From Gloeobacterales cyanobacterium (lineage in GTDB: Bacteria; Cyanobacteriota; Cyanobacteriia; Gloeobacterales; PMM-0068), in NCBI GenBank assembly GCA_038245785.1, contig JBBRSB010000031.1:1-62035 (forward strand): DNA of 62,035 bases, in the 5' to 3' direction. The notes under the pieces are model-generated. The model worked only from the letters and a program-made list of their open reading frames with translations, did no database searches and was not told the origin of the DNA. The position numbers and the translations under genes were made by a program. Positions 1-9,820 of the stretch are shown one piece after another. Every line of letters starts with the position of its first letter. The first letter of the stretch is position 1.

Positions 1-133
1 CTTCCGCTTTTTTACTTTAAGCCCTGCTTCAATCGGTCTAGGGGTGATGGGGAGGAGCGAACCATATGTTAGTAGACATGATTCCTGTCATCGCATGCAT
101 AGTCGTCTCCTCTGCCTTTCTAGTGGTCGTCTC

Positions 134-217
134 CCCATAAATCCCGTTGCACGCCGACCGCATTGAGTTGGTTGAGACCCAGAAGTTACTCGCCGCCGCT
201 GAACTCAATCGTTAGCT
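134..217 (+). other. attC-like integron cassette recombination site (degenerate)
   Basis: CCATAA-ATCCC-GTT(G)CACGCCGAC ... GCCGCCGCTGAAC-TCAATC-GTTAGCT: L''/L' pair with an extra G, 6-nt spacer, GTT core at 211; the AAC of R'' is damaged; GNAT ATG follows 11 nt later. Confidence 0.6.
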
Positions 218-227
218 TCGAGCCACT

Positions 228-752
228 ATGAAACCTTTTTACAGCATCGCTCCGGCGCAGCCAAAGCACCTCAAGGCGCTGGTCGGCATTGAGTTGTCGG
301 CAGCCACACTCCTCAAGGGACATGCCCCAGCGTCGGTCCTCGAGGAAACTACGCCGGAGAATGAGTTCCGCCAAGCTCAAGAAGAAGGAAGACTGTGGGT
401 CGCTCTTGCCGATGAAATTCCCGTTGGTTTCGCGCTAGTCGTGATGCTTGATGAAGATCATCCCTACCTTCAAGCAATAGATGTGGTTCCCGATCATGGA
501 CGCCGTGGCGTTGGGACGGCGCTGCTCCGAACGGTGCTCGAATGGACTCATCGTTCGGGTCACCAAGAACTGACGCTCACGACGTTTCGGGCGGTACCTT
601 GGAATATGCCCTTCTACTCTCAGCTCGGCTTCGAGGAAATCCATGCCGACGAGTTGCGGGCAAATCTCAAATCGGTTGTTCAGAACGAAGCGGAGCGTGG
701 TTTGGATCCCAAGGCGCGTGTGGTCATGCGATATCGGGTGAACACCGCCTAA
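228..752 (+). CDS. GNAT family N-acetyltransferase (cassette-like)
   Basis: Motif A VVPDHGRRGVGTALL and C-terminal VPWNMPFYSQLGF; stop codon lies inside GCCTAAC. Confidence 0.9.
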   Translation: MKPFYSIAPAQPKHLKALVGIELSAATLLKGHAPASVLEETTPENEFRQAQEEGRLWVALADEIPVGFALVVMLDEDHPYLQAIDVVPDHGRRGVGTALLRTVLEWTHRSGHQELTLTTFRAVPWNMPFYSQLGFEEIHADELRANLKSVVQNEAERGLDPKARVVMRYRVNTA

Positions 753-820
753 CCGACCGTTGTTGCGGACGTGACCCTCACTTCCGCTCAAATTCACGCC
801 GCTCAAATTTGTCGTTAGAG
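747..820 (+). other. attC-like site
   Basis: R'' GCCTAAC (747-753) overlaps the GNAT stop; GTTGTTGCGGAC ... GCCGCTCAAAT; R' GTTAGAG (814-820). Confidence 0.65.
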
Positions 821-899
821 TGCAAATTCGGGTTGGAGATGTAGATTAAACGTTGTTGATGAAGCGGCCGTCTATAAGGTCTTCTAAAAAAGAATTTTT

Positions 900-1601
900 C
901 TATTGAAACAAGCTATCAGCCCACTCCGAACAAAAGTCAATGTACGTTTTGACTAAACGAGATAGTTGCTTATGAGATGGATACAGAAGATTGAGTTGTT
1001 GAGTGGATAACGGATAATCTTTTAGTAATGTTTTCAACCGTCCACTCACTAGGTGCTCTTGGATTAGAAAAGGGGGCAGTTCAGTAACACATGCACCCGC
1101 TAGTAATAACTTCAGGAGATGAAGATAATCATTGACTTGCAAAAAGGGAGCAATCTGGATTGACTTATTTCCCAATGACCATGTTGTTGCATCCGTTCGA
1201 ACATTCCAACTTGCGCAGGGCATTGTAAGAAGTTGTTCTGGTTGGTAAGGTTCACCATATTGTTCTAGGTACGCTGGACTAGCAACAAGCTGATAACGAT
1301 ATTCACCCAACTGCCTAGCAATTGTCTGACTATCTTTGCGATCGCCAACTCTTAAAGTCACATCAATCCTATCCTCAATCAAGTTAATCTTGCGTTCAGT
1401 TATAAAAATCTCGAGCTTGACCTGGCGATAGCAGGCTTGAAAGTCTTGAAGTAATTCTTGCCAGGGAAGAAATCCAGGGGATAAAGAGAGGCGTAGGGTT
1501 CCTGTCAACTCTTGCTGCTGATTTTCCAGGGTAGACAAGCCGATTTCAAATGCCTCCAGCCCGCAAACCGCGTATTCATAAAATGCTGTACCGCCCTCAG
1601 T
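900..1601 (-). pseudogene. LysR-family regulator remnant lacking the N-terminal HTH
   Basis: Substrate-binding domain (GTLRLS, DVTLRVG, LLYPSHKQLS) present; similarity starts at TEGGTAFYE, no HTH upstream. Confidence 0.8.
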
Positions 1602-1649
1602 CCGACCGCGATAACAGGTCGATCGTGTTTTGGAACTGGTAGAAACCAC

Positions 1650-2030
1650 TACGCTGCTATCGGCTTGCTTGGCGCAGGTATCTTCCTCACCGATCCTTTA
1701 GACTTCTTGCACGAATCAACTTTCGCCCCCCTGCCCCCCAACTTGGGGGGTTCTGACTTCAAAGTCCCCCAGAATTGGGGGATTTAGGGGGCGTCCAGGA
1801 TTTATGCAGGAGCTCTTTTGAACGGCTACCCTCCCGGAACCCCCAACCTACCCTTGCAATACAGCTTGCCCGGCCGTCTCCATCGGCTCTTCTCAGCCTT
1901 TGTCTTTTTGGGTTTGCCTAACGCCTGCTTTGTGTTCGCACGACTCTTTGCCAGATGGGGTGAGCGTAGCTGGGCGAACTACTCGGTGATCACTGGCATT
2001 GCATTCGTAGTCATGTTCATCATCACTAGC
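1650..2030 (+). pseudogene. DUF998-like membrane protein fragment interrupted by a MITE
   Basis: YAAIGLLGAGIFLTDPL joins NGYPPGTP...GRLH...WANYS in frame once 1700-1819 is removed. Confidence 0.65.
1700..1816. mobile_element. 117-bp MITE-like element
   Basis: 18-bp imperfect TIRs AGACTTCTTGCACGAATC / GATTTATGCAGGAGCTCT (13/18), flanked by TTT on both sides, internal G/C-run hairpins; excision restores D-P-L-N-G-Y. Confidence 0.8.
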
Positions 2031-2400
2031 CACTTTGCCTTGCCGCTGTTGATTCAGAAACCAGGCGGATTAGTCGTCGAAATCACTGATGGCACAGCTG
2101 AATACGACGACACTCACTATCGGCTTTCGCTATTCTATGACCTGGCTAAAACTTCTGTGATTCGCATGGCTTGGTTGGTCGCTCGCTCACGAGCTGCAGC
2201 CGCACGGAGCAACTGCCGTGGCCCTGACTCCAGGCTGGATGCGTTCGGAGATGCTGCTGGATAACTACGGTGTTAGCGAAGCAAATTGGCAGGACGCGAC
2301 GGCAAGGGAACCACACTTCATCATCACGGAAACGCCACGATATATTGGTCGCGCCGTCGCGCACCTTGCTGGAGATCTCGAGGTTGCACGCTGGATCTGA
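2019..2400 (+). pseudogene. SDR oxidoreductase internal fragment fused to the DUF998 fragment
   Basis: ITSHFALPLL...YDLAK (YxxxK)...ALTPGWMRSE...ETPRYIGRAV; frameshift from a TTGG duplication near 2171. Confidence 0.75.
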
Positions 2401-2413
2401 AAATCTCTCGTCT

Positions 2414-2440
2414 TGTCACAGCCAGCTCGTCTCATTCGTC
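2414..2440 (+). promoter_or_regulatory. ECF41-type promoter
   Basis: TGTCACA-N16-CGTC, exact match to the published ECF41 consensus, upstream of the CMD-ECF41 pair. Confidence 0.85.
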
Positions 2441-2478
2441 TTATCTGTGAATGCTTCATACTCCTAGGAGATTTACCT

Positions 2479-2970
2479 ATGCAGACCAGAATAGAGATTG
2501 GAGTTGAATCCGTTACTTATCAAGCGATGCTTCCACTGGAACAGTCTGTTCGGGCCAGTGGCATCAATCCAACACTGCTGGCACTGATTAAAATTCGAGC
2601 ATCACAAATCAACGGCTGTGCCTATTGCATTGACATGCACACCAAAGATGCCAGACTTAACGGCGAAACAGAGCAGCGGATCTACGCCCTTAGTGCTTGG
2701 CAAGAAACGCCCTTTTTCACCTCAGAGGAACGGGCCGTGCTGGCATTGACAGAAGCGGTCACTTTAATTGCGACTGACCACGTTTCGGATGAGATTTACC
2801 ATGAAGTGAGCCGTTATTTTACGCCTGAGGCCATTGAGAATCTGCTGATAGCGATTATCCAAATCAACGGTTGGAATCGGATTGCTATTACGACTCGAGT
2901 GGTTCCAGGTAGTTATAATCCTCAGCCATTGAAGGATAGGAAAACTGTTCCTGAAAAACTCTCTGTATAG
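2479..2970 (+). CDS. Carboxymuconolactone decarboxylase / AhpD-family protein
   Basis: RASQINGCAYCIDMH motif; AGGAG RBS before ATG 2479. Confidence 0.92.
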   Translation: MQTRIEIGVESVTYQAMLPLEQSVRASGINPTLLALIKIRASQINGCAYCIDMHTKDARLNGETEQRIYALSAWQETPFFTSEERAVLALTEAVTLIATDHVSDEIYHEVSRYFTPEAIENLLIAIIQINGWNRIAITTRVVPGSYNPQPLKDRKTVPEKLSV

Positions 2971-3035
2971 ACGATTGGGGAGAGTGAAATCCTTTGCTCT
3001 CCCAACATTCCCTGCAATGCAAAAGCTAAAATGTC

Positions 3036-3914
3036 ATGAGTCATCTGGAAACTTTCAAACAGCATCGTCCTTTACTATTCTCGATCGCCTACCGCATGTT
3101 AGGAACGGTTACCGATGCCGAAGACATGGTCCAAGAAACATTCCTGCGCTGGCAGCAAACAGCGGAAGCAACCGTAAAATCGGCCAAAACCTATTTGTCA
3201 TCGATTACCACGCGGCTCTGTATTGACTATCTGCGGTCAGCCCGCGTTCAGCGAGAACAGTATGTGGGACCATGGCTGCCGGAACCAATCATGACCCAAT
3301 TAACTGATGACCCAGCCGCGCAGGTGGAATTAGCAGACTCACTTTCAATGGCATTTCTCGTTGTTTTAGAACGCTTATCGCCGATTGAACGAGCTGTGTT
3401 TCTACTGCGTGAGGTGTTCGAGTATGACTATGACGAAATTGGTCTCATGGTTGGCAAAAGTTCCACCAACTGTCGCCAAATTCTAAAACGGTCTAAAAAG
3501 CACCTGGTTGACCAGCGTCCTCGCTTTCCAGTTTCACTGCAGCAACAGGAGCAAATTACCGCTCAATTTTTAAATGCTTCCATTAGGGGTGATTTGGAGG
3601 GTCTGCTGAAACTTCTCTCGAAGGATGTCACTCTTTGGGCGGATGGCGGTGGGCAGGTTGCGGCAGCTTTGAAACCGCTATGTGGAGGAATGGAAGTGGC
3701 TCATTTCCTGTTGGCAATCCACCGCAAAGCACTCTCTAATACTATTTCTCGCGTAGTCGAGATTAATGGACAACCTGGCATTGTCTATAGTGAGGATGGC
3801 TCCATCCATACTGTGGTAACGTTTGAGATTGTGGCTGGCTATATCCAGTCCATTTACAGTGTGCGCAATCCAGACAAGCTGAAGCGACTCAGCGAAGATA
3901 CAGGAAGGCGTTAA
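3036..3914 (+). CDS. ECF41 (SigJ-like) sigma factor with SnoaL-like C-terminal extension
   Basis: DAEDMVQE, YVGPWLPEP, DGGG and RNPDKL signatures. Confidence 0.93.
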   Translation: MSHLETFKQHRPLLFSIAYRMLGTVTDAEDMVQETFLRWQQTAEATVKSAKTYLSSITTRLCIDYLRSARVQREQYVGPWLPEPIMTQLTDDPAAQVELADSLSMAFLVVLERLSPIERAVFLLREVFEYDYDEIGLMVGKSSTNCRQILKRSKKHLVDQRPRFPVSLQQQEQITAQFLNASIRGDLEGLLKLLSKDVTLWADGGGQVAAALKPLCGGMEVAHFLLAIHRKALSNTISRVVEINGQPGIVYSEDGSIHTVVTFEIVAGYIQSIYSVRNPDKLKRLSEDTGRR

Positions 3915-3925
3915 GAATCCGGGTC

Positions 3926-5176
3926 ATGAATAAAAGCACAGTCGAACAGGTTCGCAAACTGGTAGACGATGTCTACCGCACTGAGTCGCGTCGTGTCTTT
4001 GCCACCCTCATCCGACTACTTGGTGATTTTGACCTTGCGGAAGAAGCACTGCACGAAGCCTTCGCTGCGGCGGTAGAACAGTGGACGCGGGATGATGTGC
4101 CTAAAAATCCCCGTGCGTGGCTGGTCTCGACGGGTCGCTTCAAAGCCATTGATGCCATTCGCCGTCGTACCCGCTTTGATGCTTTACTTTCGGAACTTGC
4201 GATGAGACTCGACCAGGGAGCAAGTATCATCGGGTTGCAGGATAACGAAATGGTAGAGGATGACCGCCTGCGCTTGATTTTTACTTGCTGTCATCCCGCC
4301 CTATCGCCAAGCACGCAGATCGCGCTGACACTTCGGGAAATATGTGGCCTCAAGACTGAGGAAATCGCCAGTGCGTTTCTGAGTGCGCCATCCACCATTG
4401 CCCAGCGTATTGTCCGTGGCAAGGCGAAAATTCGAGATGCACGCATTCCTTACGAGGTGCCGTCGATCGCCGATCTTCCCCAACGCTTAGACTCCGTGCT
4501 GTCTGTCATCTATCTTGTGTTCAACGAAGGGTACTCTGCCTCGTCGGGCGAGTTGCTGACTCGGCCTGATCTTTCGGAGGAAGCAATTCGTCTAGGGCGT
4601 TTGCTTGTCGAGCTGTTGCCAGATCCAGAGGCCATTGGACTGCTCGCCCTGATGCTGCTGCAGGAGTCGCGGCGCACTGCACGCACATCGCCGGAAGGCG
4701 ACTTGATCTTGCTGGAGCATCAGGATCGTTCCCTTTGGAACAGAGCGCACATTTCTGAAGGCAAGACACTCGTCGAGCAGGCATTCGCTTCTGGACAGTT
4801 TGGCGTGTATACGATTCAAGCGGCGCTCGCATCGGTGCACGCTGAGGCACCGAGTACCACAGCAACAGACTGGGGGCGGATTGTGGCCTTGTATGACCTG
4901 CTGACGCGAGCGGAACCATCCCCCGTCATTGATTTAAATCGTGCCGTAGCAATAGCGATGCGAGATGGTCCATTGGCTGGGTTACAACTGATTGACGCCA
5001 TTCTGGTACGGGGTGAGTTGGCCGACTATCATCTGGCGCATGCCGCTCGGGCCGACCTGTGCCGACGGTTGGGAAGAACGGCTGATGCTAGAGAATCCTA
5101 CCAACGAGCTTTGACCCTGGTGCAGCAGGAACCAGAGCGTCGTTTTCTCGAAGGACGCCTTCGCGAATTGAACTGA
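3926..5176 (+). CDS. ECF42 sigma factor with TPR-like C-terminal extension
   Basis: DDRLRLIFTCCHPAL, YLVFNEGY, LNRAVA motifs; 416 aa; followed by DGPF genes. Confidence 0.92.
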   Translation: MNKSTVEQVRKLVDDVYRTESRRVFATLIRLLGDFDLAEEALHEAFAAAVEQWTRDDVPKNPRAWLVSTGRFKAIDAIRRRTRFDALLSELAMRLDQGASIIGLQDNEMVEDDRLRLIFTCCHPALSPSTQIALTLREICGLKTEEIASAFLSAPSTIAQRIVRGKAKIRDARIPYEVPSIADLPQRLDSVLSVIYLVFNEGYSASSGELLTRPDLSEEAIRLGRLLVELLPDPEAIGLLALMLLQESRRTARTSPEGDLILLEHQDRSLWNRAHISEGKTLVEQAFASGQFGVYTIQAALASVHAEAPSTTATDWGRIVALYDLLTRAEPSPVIDLNRAVAIAMRDGPLAGLQLIDAILVRGELADYHLAHAARADLCRRLGRTADARESYQRALTLVQQEPERRFLEGRLRELN

Positions 5177-5193
5177 AAAAAATTTTTTCTTGA

Positions 5194-5220
5194 TGTCGAT
5201 TTGCGGATTCGGCGAACGAC
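5194..5220 (+). promoter_or_regulatory. ECF42-type promoter 1
   Basis: TGTCGA-N17-CGAC preceded by an A/T tract, upstream of a DGPF gene. Confidence 0.8.
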
Positions 5221-5262
5221 TACTAAGTAACGGCAAGCATTTCAGATCGCATTTTGGAGGAA

Positions 5263-5643
5263 ATGATGAAGTTCATATGCCTTGGATACATGGAAGAAAC
5301 GAAGTGGAACGAGATGTCGGACATCGAGCGCACTGCACTCATGGAGGAGTGTTTTGCCTACGACGATGAACTTCGGAGGGGCGGACATTTTATCGGTGGG
5401 GAAGCGCTCCAAAGCATTCGGAATGCCGCAACGCTGCGCTATCGGAATGGAACGGTCGCGGTCACCGATGGCCCCTACGCTGAAACCAAGGAACAACTGG
5501 GCGGGATCTTACTGCTTGAAGCTAGAGATCTGAACCACGCGATCCAGTTGATGTCGAAACATCCGGGAGTCCGCAGCGGAGCCTTCGAGATTCGTCCGGC
5601 TGATGAGGAGATTAACGCATTGGTAACTGATAGAGAGCTATAA
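5263..5643 (+). CDS. YciI/DGPF-family protein
   Basis: [14 protein letters not shown] ... EIRP. Confidence 0.9.
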   Translation: MMKFICLGYMEETKWNEMSDIERTALMEECFAYDDELRRGGHFIGGEALQSIRNAATLRYRNGTVAVTDGPYAETKEQLGGILLLEARDLNHAIQLMSKHPGVRSGAFEIRPADEEINALVTDREL

Positions 5644-5734
5644 GCAAGATTTAAACGGCAAGACTTAAGCTGATAGCAAAAACGGCTTTAAGTAACTGAT
5701 TGTAGACATATTTTGAAATACAGGGAGAGCAACA

Positions 5735-6214
5735 ATGGATGCACAACCTCAAAAAGAACACCAATGGCTGGACAGATTTCTCGGCAAGTGGACCTACGAA
5801 TCTGAATACAGCATGGGACCTGATCAACCACCGTCAAATTCCAAAGGATTCGAGGTCGTCCGGTCTCTTGGCGGGCTGTGGACGATAGGCGAAGGTGAAG
5901 GCGAGATGCCGGACGGCGGCACTGGAAAGACCCTCATGACCCTCGGCTATGACCCACAGAGCGATCGCTATATCGGGACGTTCATTGGCTCAATGATGAC
6001 CCACCTATGGATATACAACGGCTCCCTTGATGCCACCGAGAAAGTGCTCACGCTAGACACCGAGGGCCCCAATTTTAGCCAGAGTGCGATGGCGAAGTAT
6101 AAGGACATCATTGAGTTTGTCAGCGATGACCACAGGGTACTAACATCACAGATCCTAGGAGAGGACGGCAACTGGAATCAATTCATGACAGCGCATTATC
6201 GACGGAAAGAGTAG
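5735..6214 (+). CDS. DUF1579-family protein
   Basis: PQKEHQWL..GKW, TLGYDP, IGSMMTHLW pattern. Confidence 0.8.
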   Translation: MDAQPQKEHQWLDRFLGKWTYESEYSMGPDQPPSNSKGFEVVRSLGGLWTIGEGEGEMPDGGTGKTLMTLGYDPQSDRYIGTFIGSMMTHLWIYNGSLDATEKVLTLDTEGPNFSQSAMAKYKDIIEFVSDDHRVLTSQILGEDGNWNQFMTAHYRRKE

Positions 6215-6252
6215 CTCGCTGTCGTCGTTCAACTCATTACAGGATAGAAACC

Positions 6253-6612
6253 ATGAAATATATGTTGCTCGTTTACAGTGACGAAACTGCGTGGGCCGAG
6301 AGCGAGCGGGAGCGCTGCTACGCAGAGTCTGTACAGCTCACGCAAGAACTGAATGGGAATGGTCAATACTTGGGCGCTTCGCCGCTACACTCTGTTTCAA
6401 CAGCAACCAGTGTCCGGGTTCGCGATGGAAAACGACTGGTGACCGATGGTCCGTTTGCAGAAACGCGCGAACAGCTTGGCGGATACTTTCTGATCGATGC
6501 AAGCGATCTTGATGAAGCGATTAACATCGCCGGACGCATTCCAGGTGTTCACATCGGCACCATCGAAATCCGACCGCTCATGGAACTATCGGGTCTGCCC
6601 TTAGAGAAGTAG
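6253..6612 (+). CDS. YciI/DGPF-family protein
   Basis: TDGPFAETREQLGGYF ... IEIRP. Confidence 0.92.
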   Translation: MKYMLLVYSDETAWAESERERCYAESVQLTQELNGNGQYLGASPLHSVSTATSVRVRDGKRLVTDGPFAETREQLGGYFLIDASDLDEAINIAGRIPGVHIGTIEIRPLMELSGLPLEK

Positions 6613-6685
6613 TTGCCTTCGACACTGCTCAACGCGAACTTCCCTTACACCACGACGAACTTTTCTAGAAAAAATGCGCTCAGCT

Positions 6686-6712
6686 TGTCGATTTCGCGAA
6701 CCCTTGTTCGAC
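6686..6712 (+). promoter_or_regulatory. ECF42-type promoter 2
   Basis: TGTCGA-N17-CGAC; shares TGTCGATTT...CGACTA with the 5194 copy; upstream A tract. Confidence 0.8.
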
Positions 6713-6795
6713 TAGATAGTAGAGCCAGGATGGAGACCCAATCCACTCCGACTGCAATCCAGATCTGAAACTATCAACAGAAAGGAGATTTCACA

Positions 6796-7227
6796 ATGAA
6801 AGTCATGGTTATGGTCAAAGCTACAAAGGATTCAGAAGTAGGTATTCTACCTAGCGAACAGCTTCTAACTGACATGGGGAACTACAACGAAGAGTTAGTA
6901 AAAGCGGGTATTTTGCTTGCTGCCGAGGGTCTACATCCCAGCGCAGAAGGAGTGCGAGTTCGATTCTCAGGTGCAAATCGAACCACAATTGATGGCCCCT
7001 TCACCGAGACGAAAGAACTGGTTGCTGGCTACTGGCTCTGGAATGTGAAGTCGATGGAAGAGGCTATTGAATGGGTTAATCGTTGTCCAAATCCGATGCC
7101 GGGAGAATCAGAAATTGAGATTCGTCCAGTGTTTGAGGCGGACGACTTCGGGGAAGCGTTTACGCCAGAACTTAAAGAACAGGAAGAACGCATTCGCGCA
7201 GAGGCTGAAAAGCTCGCTAACCCTTAA
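6796..7227 (+). CDS. YciI/DGPF-family protein
   Basis: IDGPFTETKELVAGYW ... EIEIRPVFE. Confidence 0.92.
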   Translation: MKVMVMVKATKDSEVGILPSEQLLTDMGNYNEELVKAGILLAAEGLHPSAEGVRVRFSGANRTTIDGPFTETKELVAGYWLWNVKSMEEAIEWVNRCPNPMPGESEIEIRPVFEADDFGEAFTPELKEQEERIRAEAEKLANP

Positions 7228-7275
7228 AAGTTTTCAAGTGATCTGGGATTAACGAAGAATACGGAGGAGAAATGT

Positions 7276-7896
7276 ATGCGGCTATACGAATTCGCTCCTA
7301 CGCGCTCGATTCGAGTGCGATGGACGCTCCAGGAACTAGACGTGGATTTCGAGTCTATAACCATCAACCTTGCAGTCGGCGAGCACTTTCGCCCAGAGTT
7401 TCTCAAGATCAATCCGGCAGGCAGGGTTCCGGTGCTCGTTGATGACGACTTCGTGCTCACCGAGTCGGTTGCAATTGTGCTCTACCTGGCAGAGAAGTAT
7501 CTCCATAAAGGGTTGGTTCCTACCGACCTCAAGCAGCGAGCTCAAGTCAACCGTTGGCTTCTGTTCACTGCCACGGAGCTGGAGCAACCGCTATGGCGCA
7601 TCGCACGTCACACAGCGCTGTATCCAGAACACCTGCGTCTTCCTGCCGAGGTCTCCCTGGCCCGCCAGGATTTCACGGACATGGCAGCCGTGATGGAAGA
7701 GCATATGCAGGGGCGCAAGTTCGTCGTTGGCGACACTCTGACGGTTGCGGATCTTGTGGGTGCCTATACCCTTGACTGGGCCAACGAAGTCCAGCTGCTC
7801 GACAACTTCCCGCAACTCCTTGAGTACATGGAGCGGATGTATGCTCGACCGAAAGCGCCTCTCCGCATCGCCAAAGCACTTGCCAGCATTAGCTAG
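7276..7896 (+). CDS. Glutathione S-transferase (copy 1)
   Basis: INPAGRVPVL, LTESVAI, N-capping TVAD. Confidence 0.93.
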   Translation: MRLYEFAPTRSIRVRWTLQELDVDFESITINLAVGEHFRPEFLKINPAGRVPVLVDDDFVLTESVAIVLYLAEKYLHKGLVPTDLKQRAQVNRWLLFTATELEQPLWRIARHTALYPEHLRLPAEVSLARQDFTDMAAVMEEHMQGRKFVVGDTLTVADLVGAYTLDWANEVQLLDNFPQLLEYMERMYARPKAPLRIAKALASIS

Positions 7897-7953
7897 CCAC
7901 AAAATATTACACGAACGGATTTCTCAATCACAAACCAACCAAAGGAGAACACC

Positions 7954-8364
7954 ATGCAACTCAACCCTTATCTCTTTTTCAACGGCAACTGCAAAGAAGC
8001 TTTCGAGTTTTACGAGCAATGTCTTGGCGGCAAAATCGCGATGATTATGACTAATAATGATGCCCCAACAGAAGGACAAATGCCTGGAATGTCTGGCGAG
8101 ACCATCATGCATGTCCGCCTTGAAGTAGGCGACTGGGTCTTATTGGGATCTGATTGTCCTCCTAATATGTTTGAGGGAAATAAAGGCTTCAACGTGAATC
8201 TTGGCATTGACGATCCAGCAGAAGCGGAACGCATCTTTAACGCCTTGGCAGAAAGCGGTGAGGTGCGGATGCCTTTTGCTCAAACCTTCTGGGCTTTTCG
8301 GTTTGGGATGGTGACCGATCGATTCGGTATTCCATGGATGGTGAATTGCGAGAAAGAAGCCTAA
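7954..8364 (+). CDS. VOC / PhnB-like protein
   Basis: PYLFFNGNCKEAFEFY ... TFWAFRFGMVTDRFGIPWMVN. Confidence 0.9.
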   Translation: MQLNPYLFFNGNCKEAFEFYEQCLGGKIAMIMTNNDAPTEGQMPGMSGETIMHVRLEVGDWVLLGSDCPPNMFEGNKGFNVNLGIDDPAEAERIFNALAESGEVRMPFAQTFWAFRFGMVTDRFGIPWMVNCEKEA

Positions 8365-8483
8365 ATCCTAGTTGGGCATCACAGAATAAGTGACGGTGAA
8401 TGATAAAGCAGATATTAACCCGGTAATAATTAAGGTTGCATTGCCATACACCCAAGATTGTTTATTCATACGGAGAGTCTCAA

Positions 8484-8882
8484 ATGAAGAATCACGCAAC
8501 AGCCACATTCAAAAATACTTCTCACAATTCTGAGAGTTATGGAGCAGCCGTTGATGAACCGCCGCTGTCCCGCGTTAGTATTGAGCGAGAATTTGCAGGC
8601 GATCTCGTCGGAAATAGCACTGCCGAACTGCTAGCCTGTCAGCCTAGCCAGGATCGTTTTAGCTATGTAGGCACCGATCGTTTCACGGGCCGACTAAAGG
8701 ACCGTTCCGGTAGTTTTGTTTTTCAGCATGGCGGAAAGCATGAGAAGGACATATTGCATCCGTTTGGATATGTCGTGCCAGGCTCTGGCACTCAAGAACT
8801 TCAAGGGCTTTTAGGCGAAATCAAAATTTCCGTGACCTCCACAGGCGAACATACGGTTGAGTTGGACTACGAGTTTGAATAG
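8484..8882 (+). CDS. DUF3224-family protein
   Basis: FTGRLKDRSGSFVFQH, VVPGSGTQELQGL; GGAG RBS before ATG 8484. Confidence 0.8.
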   Translation: MKNHATATFKNTSHNSESYGAAVDEPPLSRVSIEREFAGDLVGNSTAELLACQPSQDRFSYVGTDRFTGRLKDRSGSFVFQHGGKHEKDILHPFGYVVPGSGTQELQGLLGEIKISVTSTGEHTVELDYEFE

Positions 8883-8895
8883 TTGTGAAATCGCG

Positions 8896-8983
8896 GCCCA
8901 AAAATTGCGCTGCACCGGAACGCACAAAACTGGTCAGCTGAGAGGCAAAGGTTATTTGCGTCTGGTGAGCGCAAACGTTAGGT
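8896..8983 (+). other. attC-like site (best-preserved stem)
   Basis: TTGCGCT(G)CACCGGA(A)CGCA pairs with TGCGTCTGGTGAGCGCAA; R' GTTAGGT (8977-8983) fits GTTRRRY; R'' reads GCCCAAA instead of GCCCAAC. Confidence 0.8.
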
Positions 8984-9032
8984 TACACGAAATCCTTAAC
9001 GACATTGATGCAATACAGAAAGGAAGATCGCC

Positions 9033-9782
9033 ATGAGCATTTCATTTCCTGGAGAATCAGCAGAATATAGAAGCGCGCGCGAAAGGCTACTTTTGCAGGA
9101 GCTGGAATTGCGCCGTGCGACCGAGGCAGTGGCCGAGGCAAGACGCCGACTTCCTCCCGGTGGCGTCATTCCGGAAGACTACGCCTTTCAAGGAATTGGG
9201 GCTGACGGAGCACCGACCGACGTGAAGCTGTCAGAGCTGTTCGCGCCGGCAAAGGATTCACTCGTGATCTACAACTTCATGTTCCCGCGCTCAGCATCGG
9301 ACACGAGAGTCGGACCCGATGTCGGGCAAACCGCACTCCTTCCTTTGACTGAAGGTCCTTGCCCATCTTGCACTGCACTGCTCGACCAGTTCGAGGGTGC
9401 GGCTGAGCACGTCTCGCAGCGGCTCAATCTCGTAGTTGTCGCAAAAGCCCCACTGTCTCGCATCATTAACTTCGCGGAGGAACGCCGATGGCGAGGGCTT
9501 CGTTTGTTGTCTTCAGCGGCAAACAACTACAACCGCGACTATTTCGGCGAAACTGCCAATGGGTCACAAATGCCGATGCTTAACGTGTTTCACCGTGTCG
9601 GTGAGACAATCCGCCACTTCTGGGGGGCAGAGCTTTTGTATGCTCCCACTGAGCCCGGTCAGGAGTACCGACATGTAGGAACACTTGAACCACTCTGGAA
9701 TTTTTTCGATTTGATCCCAGAAGGAAGAGGCACGAGCTGGGACGAGCAACTAACCTACTCCTGCTGTAGCTCTGGCGTCTAG
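9033..9782 (+). CDS. DUF899 thioredoxin-like protein
   Basis: AEARRRLPPG, CPSCT, LWNFFDLIPEGRG motifs; bracketed by two attC-like sites. Confidence 0.85.
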   Translation: MSISFPGESAEYRSARERLLLQELELRRATEAVAEARRRLPPGGVIPEDYAFQGIGADGAPTDVKLSELFAPAKDSLVIYNFMFPRSASDTRVGPDVGQTALLPLTEGPCPSCTALLDQFEGAAEHVSQRLNLVVVAKAPLSRIINFAEERRWRGLRLLSSAANNYNRDYFGETANGSQMPMLNVFHRVGETIRHFWGAELLYAPTEPGQEYRHVGTLEPLWNFFDLIPEGRGTSWDEQLTYSCCSSGV

Positions 9783-9820
9783 GGGGGGGTAAAATAAGCT
9801 CCCCCTTTTCGAGCGAGCGT

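Noticed and set aside
8359..8378. GCCTAAATCCTAGTTGGGC at the VOC stop resembling an attC left arm
   Set aside because: No matching right arm or GTTRRRY at a suitable distance.
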